A stretch of DNA of 64,000 bases from Octopus vulgaris (Eukaryota), in assembly GCA_951406725.2 (NCBI GenBank), contig OX597819.1:66464001-66528000 (forward strand), read 5' to 3'. Under the pieces are notes generated by a model that was not told the DNA's origin, ran no database searches, and was given only the letters and a program-made list of their open reading frames with translations. The first letter of the stretch is position 1. Each line of letters starts with the position of its first letter. Of the stretch, positions 12,969-24,210 are shown one piece after another. Position numbers and translations under genes: made by a program.

Positions 12969-13690
12969 TGGTGAGGCAAATCGCTGCTAAGCCCTTAATT
13001 ACTTAGTATTACTTAAACCTTCCTCGAATGGGGCTTTTACATGCCGAAATCTACTTGGTGAAATTAATGATTATTCCAAATTAATTAATTTCACCCTATA
13101 TTATTACTGATAACCATATTTCATCCCAGTAAATAACCACAACATCTTATCCTGGCAGCACGCTGGTGGGAGGAGGTTGGTGACACAAACTTTCATTCAC
13201 ACTTTGAATTTGGTGATACTGGTAACGGCTTAAGCTCGCTCTGATACCATGAGTTGATGTGATGTCTTCTAGTACCTCCAAATTTAATATACAATTATTC
13301 AAAATTGTAGAGTCTTACGCTGATGAGAAAAATAGTTGGGCTAGACATAATTATCTAATTTTTATGCTTTCTTAAGACTTAATTTCGAAACGTACGTTCG
13401 TAGGTGACTTAATATAGAATGATTGTCGTCATTTCTTTCTCTTTTGCCTGCGTTTGACTTTTAAGTGCTGTGGTTTTACTGAGATCTCCCTTTTAAGTAG
13501 AAAGAATAGCCATAACTCTTTGACTGCTATTTCTAAACTCGGTGTGTGGTGAGGCAAATCGTTGCTAAACCCTTAATTACTTAGTATTACTTAAACCTTC
13601 CTCGAATGGGGCTTCTACATGCCGAAATCTACTTGGTGAAATTAATGATTATTCCAAATTAATTAATTTCACCCTATATTATTACTGATA
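12966..13690 (+). mobile_element. 578-nt HHR-bearing unit with 147-bp terminal direct repeats (retrozyme/pseudo-LTR-like)
   Basis: Near-identical direct repeats at 12966-13112 and 13544-13690 (period 578), an internal HHR, and (TA)n-rich flanks. Confidence 0.85.
13314..13404 (+). ncRNA. Type I hammerhead ribozyme motif
   Basis: CTTACG-CTGATGA-GAAA..(long loop)..TTTC-GAAA-CGTACG-TT-CGTAGG: 6-bp stem I, 4-bp stem II, palindromic ACGTACGT helix III, GUU site. Confidence 0.8.
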
Positions 13691-13836
13691 TATTATATAT
13701 ATATATATTTATAGCAAAATCAAGGAACGGCCATAATAGGCCATTCACCCACTAGAAATAACAGCCAAGGCTTCAACCGAAAAACAACATTAATTCCGTA
13801 AACCAGGAGAAAATTAAAAAAACATTTACCCTGTAA

Positions 13837-13941
13837 TTCTTTATACGATGCACCGTTTCTTCTATTGTTTAATGGTAAACTAACCTGATTAAATTAAATC
13901 AAGCTAGTCTTCCATAGGCCGATAGATTCATCAGTAAAGAA
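13837..13941 (-). ncRNA. Type I hammerhead ribozyme (486-unit copy 1)
   Basis: Reverse complement of the motif at 14638-14742. Confidence 0.88.
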
Positions 13942-14322
13942 CGGCCAGGTCGGAGCAGATATTTACACGAGGCACTTTCACCACTGTCTCAGCAATATCT
14001 GACCTAAAATTTTCAAATCGTCGTACTCGCGCCAAATTTATCGGCAGCAAATATAAGCCGCCGATTCCATTACGGAATTAACCAGAAAATTCATAATTAA
14101 TCAATATAGGGTGGCAAAAAATTTCGCAGAATTTTTTTTTGCCACCAGCGGCCTAGTGGGAAAAAATTAAATAGTCATAGACCATTTAGAAATTCAACAG
14201 CAAAATCAAGGAACGGCCATAATAGGCCATTCACCCACTAGAAATAACAGCCAAGGCTTCAACCGAAAAACAACATTAATTCCGTAAACCAGGAGAAAAT
14301 TAAAAAAACATTTACCCTGTAA

Positions 14323-14427
14323 TTCTTTATACGATGCACCGTTTCTTCTATTGTTTAATGGTAAACTAACCTGATTAAATTAAATCAAGCTGGTCTTCCA
14401 TAGGCCGATAGATTCATCAGTAAAGAA
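14323..14427 (-). ncRNA. Type I hammerhead ribozyme (486-unit copy 2)
   Basis: Same motif, 486 nt from copy 1. Confidence 0.88.
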
Positions 14428-14637
14428 CGGCCAGGTCGGAGCAGATATTTACACGAGGCACTTTCACCACTGTCTCAGCAATATCTGACCTAAAATTTTC
14501 AAATCGTAATGGAATCGGCGGCTTATATTTGCTGCCGATAAATTTGGCGCGAGTGCGATGATTTGAAAATTTTAGGTCAGATATTGCTGAGACAGTGGTG
14601 AAAGTGCCTCGTGTAAATATCTGCTCCGACCTGGCCG

Positions 14638-14742
14638 TTCTTTACTGATGAATCTATCGGCCTATGGAAGACTAGCTTGATTTAATTTAATCAGGTTAGT
14701 TTACCATTAAACAATAGAAGAAACGGTGCATCGTATAAAGAA
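14638..14742 (+). ncRNA. Type I hammerhead ribozyme (486-unit inverted copy)
   Basis: TTCTTTA-CTGATGA-aTCTAT..(GACTAGCTTGATT/AATCAGGTTAGTT hairpin)..ATAGAa-GAAA-CGGTGCATCG-TA-TAAAGAA. Perfect 7-bp stem I; predicted cleavage after GUA at 14735. Confidence 0.9.
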
Positions 14743-15189
14743 TTACAGGGTAAATGTTTTTTTAATTTTCTCCTGGTTTACGGAATTAATGTTGTTTTTC
14801 GGTTGAAGCCTTGGCTGTTATTTCTAGTGGGTGAATGGCCTATTATGGCCGTTCCTTGATTTTGCTGTTGAATTTCTAAATGGTCTATGACTATTTAATT
14901 TTTTCCCACTAGGCCGCTGGTGGCAAAACAAAATTCTGCGAAATTTTTTGCCACCCTATATTGATTAATTATGAATATATATATTTATATGTAACATACG
15001 GATACTTACATATACGAACGTATACATACATGTATATGCACGCATGCACACGACCAGTTTTAACTGCCTGCCTAAAACTCCTCGTGCGATACGGTCAAAA
15101 TATCACCGCACTGAATATAATGACTGAATAAATGTATAAACTTACATGAAGATAAGATCGTTATTTATTTAAATTTATATATATATATT

Positions 15190-15364
15190 ATATCCATTCA
15201 AAATGTGACCACGTCTTCCCTTCTTTGGATCTTTCCTTTTCTTATGTTTCTGACGAAGATCTCCGCTGGAAACGTTGAACCCTCATTCTTTCCTTCTTTC
15301 CTGAGGGTCCAGTAATACTATACTTGTTCCACGTCCTCGCATTGTTGTGTTTTCATGTTTCGAT

Positions 15365-15369
<5 letters not shown>
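15190..15369 (+). mobile_element. Short PLE-terminal-like element with a minimal HHR at 15246-15280
   Basis: GTTT-CTGACGA-AGATCTCCGCTG-GAAA-CG-TT-GAAC, with stem II damaged; ends in (TA)n. Related to the 29625 and 32842 elements. Confidence 0.65.
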
Positions 15370-15425
<56 letters not shown>

Positions 15426-15428
<3 letters not shown>

Positions 15429-15604
15429 GGAGTAAGAGCATAAATGCGAAACAAGGTGGTAAAAATAGTACTCGAATACCATAGGCAGAGTAATATACTT
15501 TATTAAAAAGCACCAAAAGTATCACAAAAACTGTTACTCAGAATTTCACGCTCCCGGTCTTCGAATATTTTTGGTGATATTTTGCTGTTTTCTAATAAAA
15601 TAGC
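15426..15604. mobile_element. Short fold-back element with only the 3' half of an HHR-like motif
   Basis: 15568-15600 is an imperfect reverse complement of 15499-15530. The minus strand has GAAA-TTCTGAG-TA-ACAG but the CUGANGA half is missing. Confidence 0.5.
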
Positions 15605-15632
15605 AAATACTTTAATAAAGCAGCGAATATAT

Positions 15633-15717
15633 GGGGCACCATGGCCCTCTCTAGCAAAGAATTATTAATGCTGGAGACATATCCGGGTGCAGGAGGTTGA
15701 TCCGGAATTTTTTGAAG

Positions 15718-15718
<1 letters not shown>
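15633..15718 (-). mobile_element. Small fragment of the CR1-group LINE 3' region
   Basis: Aligns by eye to 21280-21365 (GGGCACCA.GGCCC...GGAGACATATCCGGGTG). Confidence 0.75.
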
Positions 15719-15771
<53 letters not shown>

Positions 15772-15964
15772 AATAAATTTCTAAATATCTCAGTGAGTTT
15801 TATGCAGTAGTGTTACGATTAAGTAGCTGTATGCTGTCAACTTAAGGTGACAGTCCCATGAAGGGAATCATGCTACTGGTATTTAGCCCTAGGAAGCAGC
15901 AACGCTTCCTGTAGGCCTTGACACATTTCCCGTGTTCTTATGTTTGCAAGGGGAGATCATTATT

Positions 15965-16103
15965 TATTTTTTGAGAACGATCGGGTTCATTACTAGTATA
16001 CTGGTTTGTGAGAGCAGTCGAGTTTATTTCAGATATTCTCCTTTTATAAAGCATCTCTGTTTGAGAGGACTTTGGTATTGCCTTGGCAAAAGTTTATGCT
16101 CTG
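15965..16103. mobile_element. Partial second copy of the Helentron-like element at 6025
   Basis: Reverse complement shares CTCGACTGCTCTCACAAAC and AATGAACCCGA with 6127-6170. Confidence 0.7.
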
Positions 16104-16106
16104 TGA

Positions 16107-16350
16107 ACATTTGAACAAGTTGGCTCCAAGTCTCACCCGGAGAGCTCGAGAGACAACAAGTTTGAAGTTCATGTTGGTGTTATGCCTAGGGTGCCATATA
16201 TTTGGTTTTGTACATAGTGCTGTTCTAAAGAATGTATAAGAAACCATAAGAAAATTATGAGTTTGTTTTAAAATTTGAGATTACATAGAAAGTATTTTAC
16301 GTAGGATATGAGCAGTTCCCATGAGCACTATCTTTTGAATTTCTGACATT
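16107..16350 (-). mobile_element. R4/Dong-like LINE 3' end (same family as 2486-2995)
   Basis: High similarity to 2507-2745; encodes SEIQKIVLMGTAHILRKILSM*. Confidence 0.88.
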
Positions 16351-16395
16351 ATCATCATCATCATCATCAACATTATTATTATTAGTATTATTATC

Positions 16396-16611
16396 ATTTT
16401 TCAGTAGTCTTATTTTATCTCATGCTTTTATTGCACTACCGTACCTAGCTCTCTGTGCCTTAGGTATGCACTGTAGTTTGTTGTGGTACACTTACTCTCA
16501 CTCTATTGGAAGTCTTTTACGCAGGATGTGTGGGTGCCCAGTAGTCCTATTTTCTGTATCTTATATATACTTGTAAGTCTTGGTGTTTTTGTGATGTATT
16601 CTGTATTCATT

Positions 16612-16612
<1 letters not shown>
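16396..16612 (-). mobile_element. R4/Dong-like LINE 3' end, second subfamily, in (TAA)n
   Basis: Translation EYITKTPRLTSIYKIQKIGLLGT..HILRK is homologous to IQKIVLMGTAHILR, but the 3' UTR differs. Confidence 0.7.
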
Positions 16613-16652
<40 letters not shown>

Positions 16653-16763
16653 GTTGTTGTTGTTGTTGTTGTTCTTATTTTTATTGTTGTTGTTGTCGTC
16701 GTTCTTCTACTTCTACTTCCTCTTCCTCTTCTTCTTCTTTTTCTCCTTCTTCTTCTTCTTCTT

Positions 16764-16837
<74 letters not shown>

Positions 16838-16990
16838 CATTATTATTATAACTGGTCGTACTATTATTATAATTATTGTTACATTTATTTTTATTAGCAT
16901 TTATTAATATTTATATTACTTTTAAAAATAAAGAAATTATTATCATCATCATTATTATCATGATCATGGTCATCAACACCATCATCATCG

Positions 16991-17054
<64 letters not shown>

Positions 17055-17302
17055 CAATATGATTGTTGATACGTTTATACTTTGTTTTTTACCTTTTTCA
17101 TATCAATTATAGTCTATTACAATGTTTATTATATATACTCACAGTATTTTCATATTTTCTCAATGAATTATTTTTTCCAAAAATTTCAACATCCATTCTA
17201 TGGAGCTTTTTTCTTTGATATGGTTAGCAACATTTTTTAAGTCTTAAAGGCAGCCATTAAAACTTTGCGATTATTTCATGTCTGTCTCACACTTTCCACA
17301 CT

Positions 17303-17354
<52 letters not shown>

Positions 17355-17571
17355 TCTATGTCTCTTTATACTTTTCCCTATCTATGTGTAAGCATTTGTG
17401 GCTGAAATGAATACCGCCATATGAATGAGTGTATGTGATTGCGTTGCGTTTAATAATTTTACGAAGAATCGGATTTTATATTTATTTTCAAATTTCTATT
17501 GTGTTATACACTCACACACATAAAAACACACACACAAATATTCGCCTGCATCTATACTTAAACATACATGC

Positions 17572-17607
<36 letters not shown>

Positions 17608-17692
17608 ACGTGTATATCTCGACATATATGCATATATTCATATATACCCTCATTCTTTGTCTCTACCTGTCTGTCTGTCTTTCTCTTTCTCT

Positions 17693-17744
<52 letters not shown>

Positions 17745-17981
17745 GTGTATATGTAAGTATATCTTCTATATTATAAATATTTGTACATATATATATATAC
17801 ACACACACATATGTGTATATATAATACATACGTATGTACGGGTAGACATAATACGCTATATATATTTACACACACAAACACGCGCACACACAAACATATA
17901 TATACATATATATATATATATATATTTATAGATAGATAGATACATGCATATGGATACACGCATACCTACAGGTGTGTATGA

Positions 17982-18020
<39 letters not shown>

Positions 18021-18352
18021 TGCATATGGATACACAGCCGTGCATGTATTGTTTCTGCCTTCACTACACTCTACTTAGTATTCCTGTTTCAATGTTTCAA
18101 TTCAAATATTTGCTTCCAGTGTTTTATTCCTCCATATCCCTCGTCCTCTCTCATTTGAATCCTTCTTCTTTTCTCTGTTCTTTTTTTTTTATTCTTCTTC
18201 TTGTATTCGTATTACATCGATTTTAATGAGATACTGTTCAGAGTGTTAAATTATGTAACACAATCAATTATAACTTCAGGATATATTTCTTTGTATAAGA
18301 ATATTTCATTTACATATCCTACTGTTGAAGAAACGAAATCTATAGCAGTGAT

Positions 18353-18355
<3 letters not shown>

Positions 18356-18412
<57 letters not shown>

Positions 18413-18720
18413 TATTATGATGATGATGATATCATTATTATTTTTATTTTTATTACTATTATTATTAGAAGTAAAAGGAATTGGGAGAAGAAGAAGAAGA
18501 AGAAGAAGAAGAAGAAGAAGAAGAAGAAGAAGAAGAAGAAGAAGAAGAAAAATGTTGCTTCCAAAATCAGGACCAACAGAGAAATAATAGTAAGAAGGAG
18601 TAGTAAAGAAGAAGAAAAAGAAAAAGGAGAAGAAGAAGAAGAAGAAGAAGAAGAAGAAGAAGAAGAAGAAGAAGAAGAAGAAGAAGAAGAAGAAGAAGAA
18701 GAAGAAGAAGAAGAAGAAGC
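18356..18720. repeat. (TAA)n and (GAA)n microsatellites
   Basis: Direct reading of the sequence. Confidence 0.95.
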
Positions 18721-19380
18721 TTAATAATAACATTACTAAATATAAAAATATAAATTGAAAGAAATTGCCAGAGATTACAATTTTTATTGGAATGGTATTC
18801 TTTATATACCTCACACAACTTAAAATTCGTTTAATCTTCCATTCTTTAATTCTCGATATGCGTGTCAATGAATGAGTTTCTGAAAATATTATATATATTT
18901 ATGGATATGCAACAGATTATACCGGTATCCGGGTATATATCGGTAAATGTTATGTTAATTCGAAGAAATTATTCGTATGAATGGCGATATTGAAGAGGCC
19001 ATGTTTCGTGTATTATCCAGTGTTTTTGATAAATAAGCTTAGATGAGGGGCAAAATACAATACAATAGAGATTTACATGCTGTCCCGTTGAGTTACTAGC
19101 TGCAACAGATGGAGAACAGTAGTGTACATGATCTTGCATACGCACAGAGGAAGGAGTGAGAGGGAGAATCTAGATAAGAACGAGCGAGAGACAGGGCGGA
19201 GAAAAAAGAGAAAGGGAGAGAGAATGAGTGAGAGTGAGAAGAATTAAAGGAATAAAAATATTGAAGAATTGAAGGTAACATACAAGATATGATGGCAGCT
19301 GAATGATGCAAATGAGATTACCAAAACGGCATGTACGAAGATGTTGAACATATTTCATTTGAAACCCCTCTGCGCGTCAT

Positions 19381-19755
19381 ATACAGAGTGCGACAAAGTA
19401 ATGCCCTTTCTTATTTGTATAATCTTTATAGTTTTCTACTTTCAACGGGATTGTGCATCACCTCACTATGGGTAAAACGTTCAGGAATGGTTAAATCTTA
19501 ATTTTGAGGTGAGATGGAGAGGACAAGCTGGAGCAATTGAGTGGACATCACAATCATCAGACCTAACACCAACTGGCATTTTCTTGTGGGAGTATTGAGA
19601 AACTTGGTTTTACTCCCTCAAACCGAAAACAATTCCTGAATTAAAACTTTTCTGCAATTAACGTGAAAATGTATCAAATGGTTTGTAGGAGTGATGCAGG
19701 TAGGTTTTGGCATTGTTCTGAAAACGAAGGGCAGAGTTTTGAACATGTTAATAAA
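19381..19755 (+). mobile_element. Internally deleted Tc1/mariner-superfamily transposon remnant
   Basis: TA-CAGAGTG TIR-like start. FQRDCASPHYG*NVQEWLNLNFEVRWRGQAGAIEWTSQSSDLTP corresponds to the FQQDGAPPH...WPPRSPDLTP catalytic region. Confidence 0.8.
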
Positions 19756-19959
19756 ATTTTTTATCATAATGAATTACGTTATTTTGATGGAGCAATAATT
19801 AACAAACTTCTTAAAACTACTGCAAATTATTTTCATTAATTGTTCTTTTTCACTTTTTTAACTATCGTGAGAAATGTTTGTTCAATATAAAATTAGTTAA
19901 AAAACATCTTGTACTACAAAAATTACTAAATAAAAAGAGCCTGTATATTGTGTGAATAT

Positions 19960-20900
19960 TGTCAACCGAATGACTTCTGGCCACTTGAAGGACAGCGGTT
20001 ATACAACAGCCGCTGCCTTAGTTTGCTTTTCCACATGCAAGCATGATTGATTTAATGGTGTGAAGACAAGAACGAATGTGTCACAATGGAATATTAAAAT
20101 GCCATTAAAATGCTGTAGGTGATGAGCGTGCACGGCAAATAGCCTGTGGACTTCAAACGCAATACCCGACTACAAAACTATTGCAGTTGTTGAAAAATTG
20201 TTGATGAGACTAGAAGAAGAAACGTTTTTTTACTATTTAAAGGCTTTCTAGTGCAATATACCAAGGTTTTAATCTACACAGACTGGTGGTTAGCATGAAA
20301 TGTAAGAATGTCGCATTTCTACAACGAGAATGGTGATATCCTGAAGTAAATGCTGAAATAGTTTAGCGAGGTATTGAACCTACCTACAGCAATATCTCGG
20401 GAAGTATTCGCACGTATTTCTGAAGCAGGAAGTATACCAGTTTGGATTTATTTTTGAATAATTTTGAAGCAGGTAATTACCATCTGGGAGAAACCCAGGG
20501 AATCTCCTGGAAGTTTGTAAGTGTTTAGGATAGTTTTGCATTGAAGAATTCTCTTATATTTTTAAGAATTCAGGGAATACACTATTCGGGGGCGGGATAC
20601 CTAATGACGTAAATATTGTGGAATTTACTAGAAAATTAGTAACCGACGATAGTGATACCATTCTCAAATGAAACCTGACAGCCAGAGTCGATTTCATACG
20701 TGTAGGACCCAAAACGGCATTATTTTAAAATTACGACTATTTCAGTTTTCCTCAGAAGCTGACTTTCAATTTCTTCGTATTTACTTATTTCACGTTGTCT
20801 TTTGCCATTATGTAATGAGGGGATATATAAACCATTAACAAAGGACACGGGTGTCCATAAAAATATTTCTGTTTGTCATTCCGTGGGAAATCCTTCATGG
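19960..20900 (+). pseudogene. Heavily decayed RTE-clade LINE remnant
   Basis: KPDSQSRFHTCRTQNGIILKLRLFQ near 20670-20745 resembles LPESQCGFR..RGT.DMIF.LRQLQ; other motif remnants are weak. Confidence 0.5.
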
Positions 20901-21185
20901 ACTGTACTGAGAGCACCAATTAAATTTGACTTCCATTCCCTTCGCACATGAAGTGTGATATAGCTGTCTACACGCCCCAAAGTTTACTGTGATATTTTAG
21001 GGCAGGGAGGTGCCTGATTATGAAGAAGAGACTGGAATCATTGTTAAACATTTCCTCATAAAATTTAATAGGCGTGCGCTGTAGTAGAATGTCTTGGGTT
21101 AACCTGTTGTCCGCGGAACCCTAGTGGCTTGCTAAGATAGTACTGGGAGTCCATGGACTAAATCCAAGATTCCATATATATATAT

Positions 21186-23721
21186 AACTTAGAATAACTT
21201 AGAAAGGTTTTGGCCAGTATTGGCCCAGGCCATGTCTAACTTAATAGCACCACCTGGCGAAGACTTTCAATTCAGGATTTGGGCACCAGGGCCCATTCGA
21301 GCAGAGAGTTATTGTTTGCGGAGACATATCCGGGTGTGGGTGGTTTGTCCGGGACTGTTTAAAAGAATTTGTCCAAAGACTTCTTGAATTTTGTGTGGTC
21401 AGTTTCTTTTTTGATGTGTCCTGGTGTAATGTTGAAGAGAGCGGGTCCAATTGAGGTGAAATAGTTGTGCCGTATTGTCGTTATGTGATGCAATTTAGAT
21501 TGTTGTTGTGGACAGATGGCACGTGGTCCAAGCCTTGGATGTATTTTGAAGGTGATGCCAACATCATTCGGACAGTGCTGATGGAATATTTTCCACATCA
21601 TACATATAATGTAGCGTTCACGGCGTCGTTGGAGTGAATACAGTTTCAGCTTCTCTAGTCTACCCCAGTAGTCAAGGTCTGACATGCCATCTATCTTTTT
21701 TGTGATTGACCTTTGGGGAGCTTCAATTCTTATAAGATTTTGTTTTGTGTAGGGAGACCACAGTGGACAGCAGTATTCAAGGTGGGGTCGGGCAAAAGTG
21801 GAGAAGAGAAGGATAATAGTGTGGGAATCTCTTGACTGGAAGGTTCTGAGAATCCATGAACACATTCTGCGGGCCATGTCAACTTTGCTGCTTATATGTG
21901 TAGCCCAGCTTATGTTGTTGTCCACTGTTACTCCCAAGTCTCTGATGTTGTTGGACGCCATGAGAATTTCTCCAGAAGGAAGGGAGTATGGGAGTTTCAG
22001 AGCGTCCTCCCTTCCAAAGTGGATCAGTTCGAATTTGTCTTCGTTTAGCAGCAGCATGTTATTCTTTTCCGCCCATTGGACAACAGCCAGTAGGTCTGAC
22101 TGAAGGCTTATTCGGTCATCTACGCCATTGATGACCTTCTGGAGCTTGGAATCATCAGCGAAGGTTCTGATGTTACTGTGTTTGATGGTGTCAGTAATAT
22201 CATTTATGTAGATGATGAAGGGGAGTGGGCCCAACACAGTGCCTTGTGGGACACCACTGCTGACTTTGGCTGGGCTGGATTTGACTCCTTCGACTACAAC
22301 ATGTTGGGTTCTGTTACACAGGAAGCACTTGATCCACTGCAGCAGCTTTCCAGTGACACCAATATTGGACAGCTTTCTCAGAAGGATCTTATGATCAACC
22401 CTGTCAAAGGCCTTGCTGAAATCAAGGTAGATGACATCAGTGTTGGAACCCTCTCCCAAGGCTCTCAAAATGTCATGAAAATGATGCAGTAGCTGCGTCA
22501 GGCAATCTCTCCCATTACGGAATCCATGCTGGTTGGAGTTCAGCATATTATGACTCTCAAGGATGTGAGTCATACGCGATCTCAGCACTCTCTCAAATAC
22601 CTTAATGATATGAGAGGTGAGTGAGATTGGACGGTAATTCACGGCAAGCGATTTGTTTCCTTTTTTGAAAACTGGGACTACAGTCTGGGATAGAAGGTCT
22701 TCTGGTATATATCCAGCATCCAGTGAGTTCTGCCACAGATTGGCTAGAGGGGGTGCAAGTTGGTTTTGACACATGTTCAGGACACAAGCAGGGAACCTAT
22801 CGGGACCTACTGCTGAATTATGCTTCATTTCCTTTATTGCTGCTAAGACATCAGGAGCGCCAAAGGTTATGTCCGATAAAGTGTATTGGGGAGTAACATC
22901 ACTGATACAGCCCAGATCAGTCATATCAGGATTGCTGAAAACAGATATTCTGCAATATCTCTCCCATGGTTTTGGCATTGTCCTGAAGAGTACCATTTTC
23001 ATCAATCAGAGGGCCAACAGTAGAACCAGTGACTCTGTGCTTTTTTGCAAATGAAAAGAACACTTTGGGATTGAGTTTGATCTTCTCAAAGGCCCAGGCC
23101 TCTTCAGCTCTTCGCTGACTATTGATGATAGACATCATGTTGTTTTAGAGTTTATGTTTTTTAATCTCTAGCGACGAGAGGGCAGTCAGGTTGGTGTGCT
23201 GCTGTTGACAGTATTTCAGCTTGTTGATTTTTTTGTTAATTTTGTTAATTTTCCTGATGAGAGATTTTCTATTTTTAGGGATTCGACACTTAGATTTGTT
23301 TGCAGATCTTAATGGGGTGTGTTTTGCACATATGTTCGTAATGGTGTCTACAAATGACTGCCAGGACTTTTTGATGTTAGTGGGTGTGTATATGTGCAAG
23401 ATCATTATTGATCGCTTCCCAGTTTACATTGTGGAAATCCATAGTGTCAAATGGATGAACAGGAGGGATGACATTTGTTTTGCATTTTGGCCAGTGAAAT
23501 CTCAGATCACAGAGAACCATGTCATGATCAGAGAGTAGGGTTTTCCCACTGCAATATTGTGGATAGTATCAGTGTGATTCCTGAAAATTAAGTCTAAGAC
23601 GTTTTTATGACATCTTGTTGGTTCGAGTACCAGTTGGGACAGGAAGAAATCATCCATGAAGTCAAGAAGCAATTCCACTGCCTCTCTGTCAGGGGTTGAG
23701 AGAGAAGAACCTGGCGGCAGG

Positions 23722-23722
<1 letters not shown>
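21186..23722 (-). mobile_element. 5'-truncated CR1-group LINE (APE C-terminus + RT + 3' UTR), flanked by TA repeats
   Basis: APE motifs EPTR..NVLDLIF..SDH near 23520-23630, followed by the RT ORF. The 3' tail carries TCTAAGT repeats and is shared with the 54772 copy. Confidence 0.93.
21359..23005 (-). CDS. Non-LTR retrotransposon reverse transcriptase (CR1 group), 548-aa open segment of a frameshifted ORF2
   Basis: Motifs NYRPISLTS, QHGFRNGR, YLDFSKAFDRVDH, SGVPQGTVLGP, FADD, RDLGV, RPHLEYC..W and LYSLQRRR. Confidence 0.9.
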   Translation of the reverse strand: MMKMVLFRTMPKPWERYCRISVFSNPDMTDLGCISDVTPQYTLSDITFGAPDVLAAIKEMKHNSAVGPDRFPACVLNMCQNQLAPPLANLWQNSLDAGYIPEDLLSQTVVPVFKKGNKSLAVNYRPISLTSHIIKVFERVLRSRMTHILESHNMLNSNQHGFRNGRDCLTQLLHHFHDILRALGEGSNTDVIYLDFSKAFDRVDHKILLRKLSNIGVTGKLLQWIKCFLCNRTQHVVVEGVKSSPAKVSSGVPQGTVLGPLPFIIYINDITDTIKHSNIRTFADDSKLQKVINGVDDRISLQSDLLAVVQWAEKNNMLLLNEDKFELIHFGREDALKLPYSLPSGEILMASNNIRDLGVTVDNNISWATHISSKVDMARRMCSWILRTFQSRDSHTIILLFSTFARPHLEYCCPLWSPYTKQNLIRIEAPQRSITKKIDGMSDLDYWGRLEKLKLYSLQRRRERYIICMMWKIFHQHCPNDVGITFKIHPRLGPRAICPQQQSKLHHITTIRHNYFTSIGPALFNITPGHIKKETDHTKFKKSLDKFF

Positions 23723-23759
<37 letters not shown>

Positions 23760-24143
23760 AAATTCATTGTAATAAACGGGGTCCTTGGGAGCGAAAAGGT
23801 TCGGAACAACTACTGCTTTGCAAGATTGTTGAATACTCATTGTATATTTCACACAAAAAGAAATGTGAAGTAGTAAATAAAACCCATTTACTTTTAAGAG
23901 TTAATATCTTTATGTATACATACATGTAAGTATTTAAATATGTATGCTTGTAATCATGGCTTGTATGTATATATATATATATATATAAATATATTACTGT
24001 ATATATGTAATACATATATGCATGTATGTATGTGTGTATTACATGCATGTATATATATATACAATTGTATGCACGTATGCATACATAGAGCTATGTATGC
24101 ATACACGCAAGTGTGTATGTATAAGTATATATATGTATACATG

Positions 24144-24210
<67 letters not shown>

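Larger units (their letters stand above)
13713..14976. mobile_element. 486-nt HHR-bearing unit as a partial tandem (13713-14198, 14199-14507) plus an inverted copy (14505-14976)
   Basis: AGCAAAATCAAGGAACGG recurs at 13713 and 14199. Segment 14505-14976 is the reverse complement of a circular permutation of the unit. The copies are nearly identical. Confidence 0.92.

Noticed and set aside
15810-15932. Possible HDV-like ribozyme (hairpin followed by GGGCTAA on the minus strand; similar words at 21150 and 54680)
   Set aside because: I could not build the nested double pseudoknot (P1/P1.1/P2/P3).
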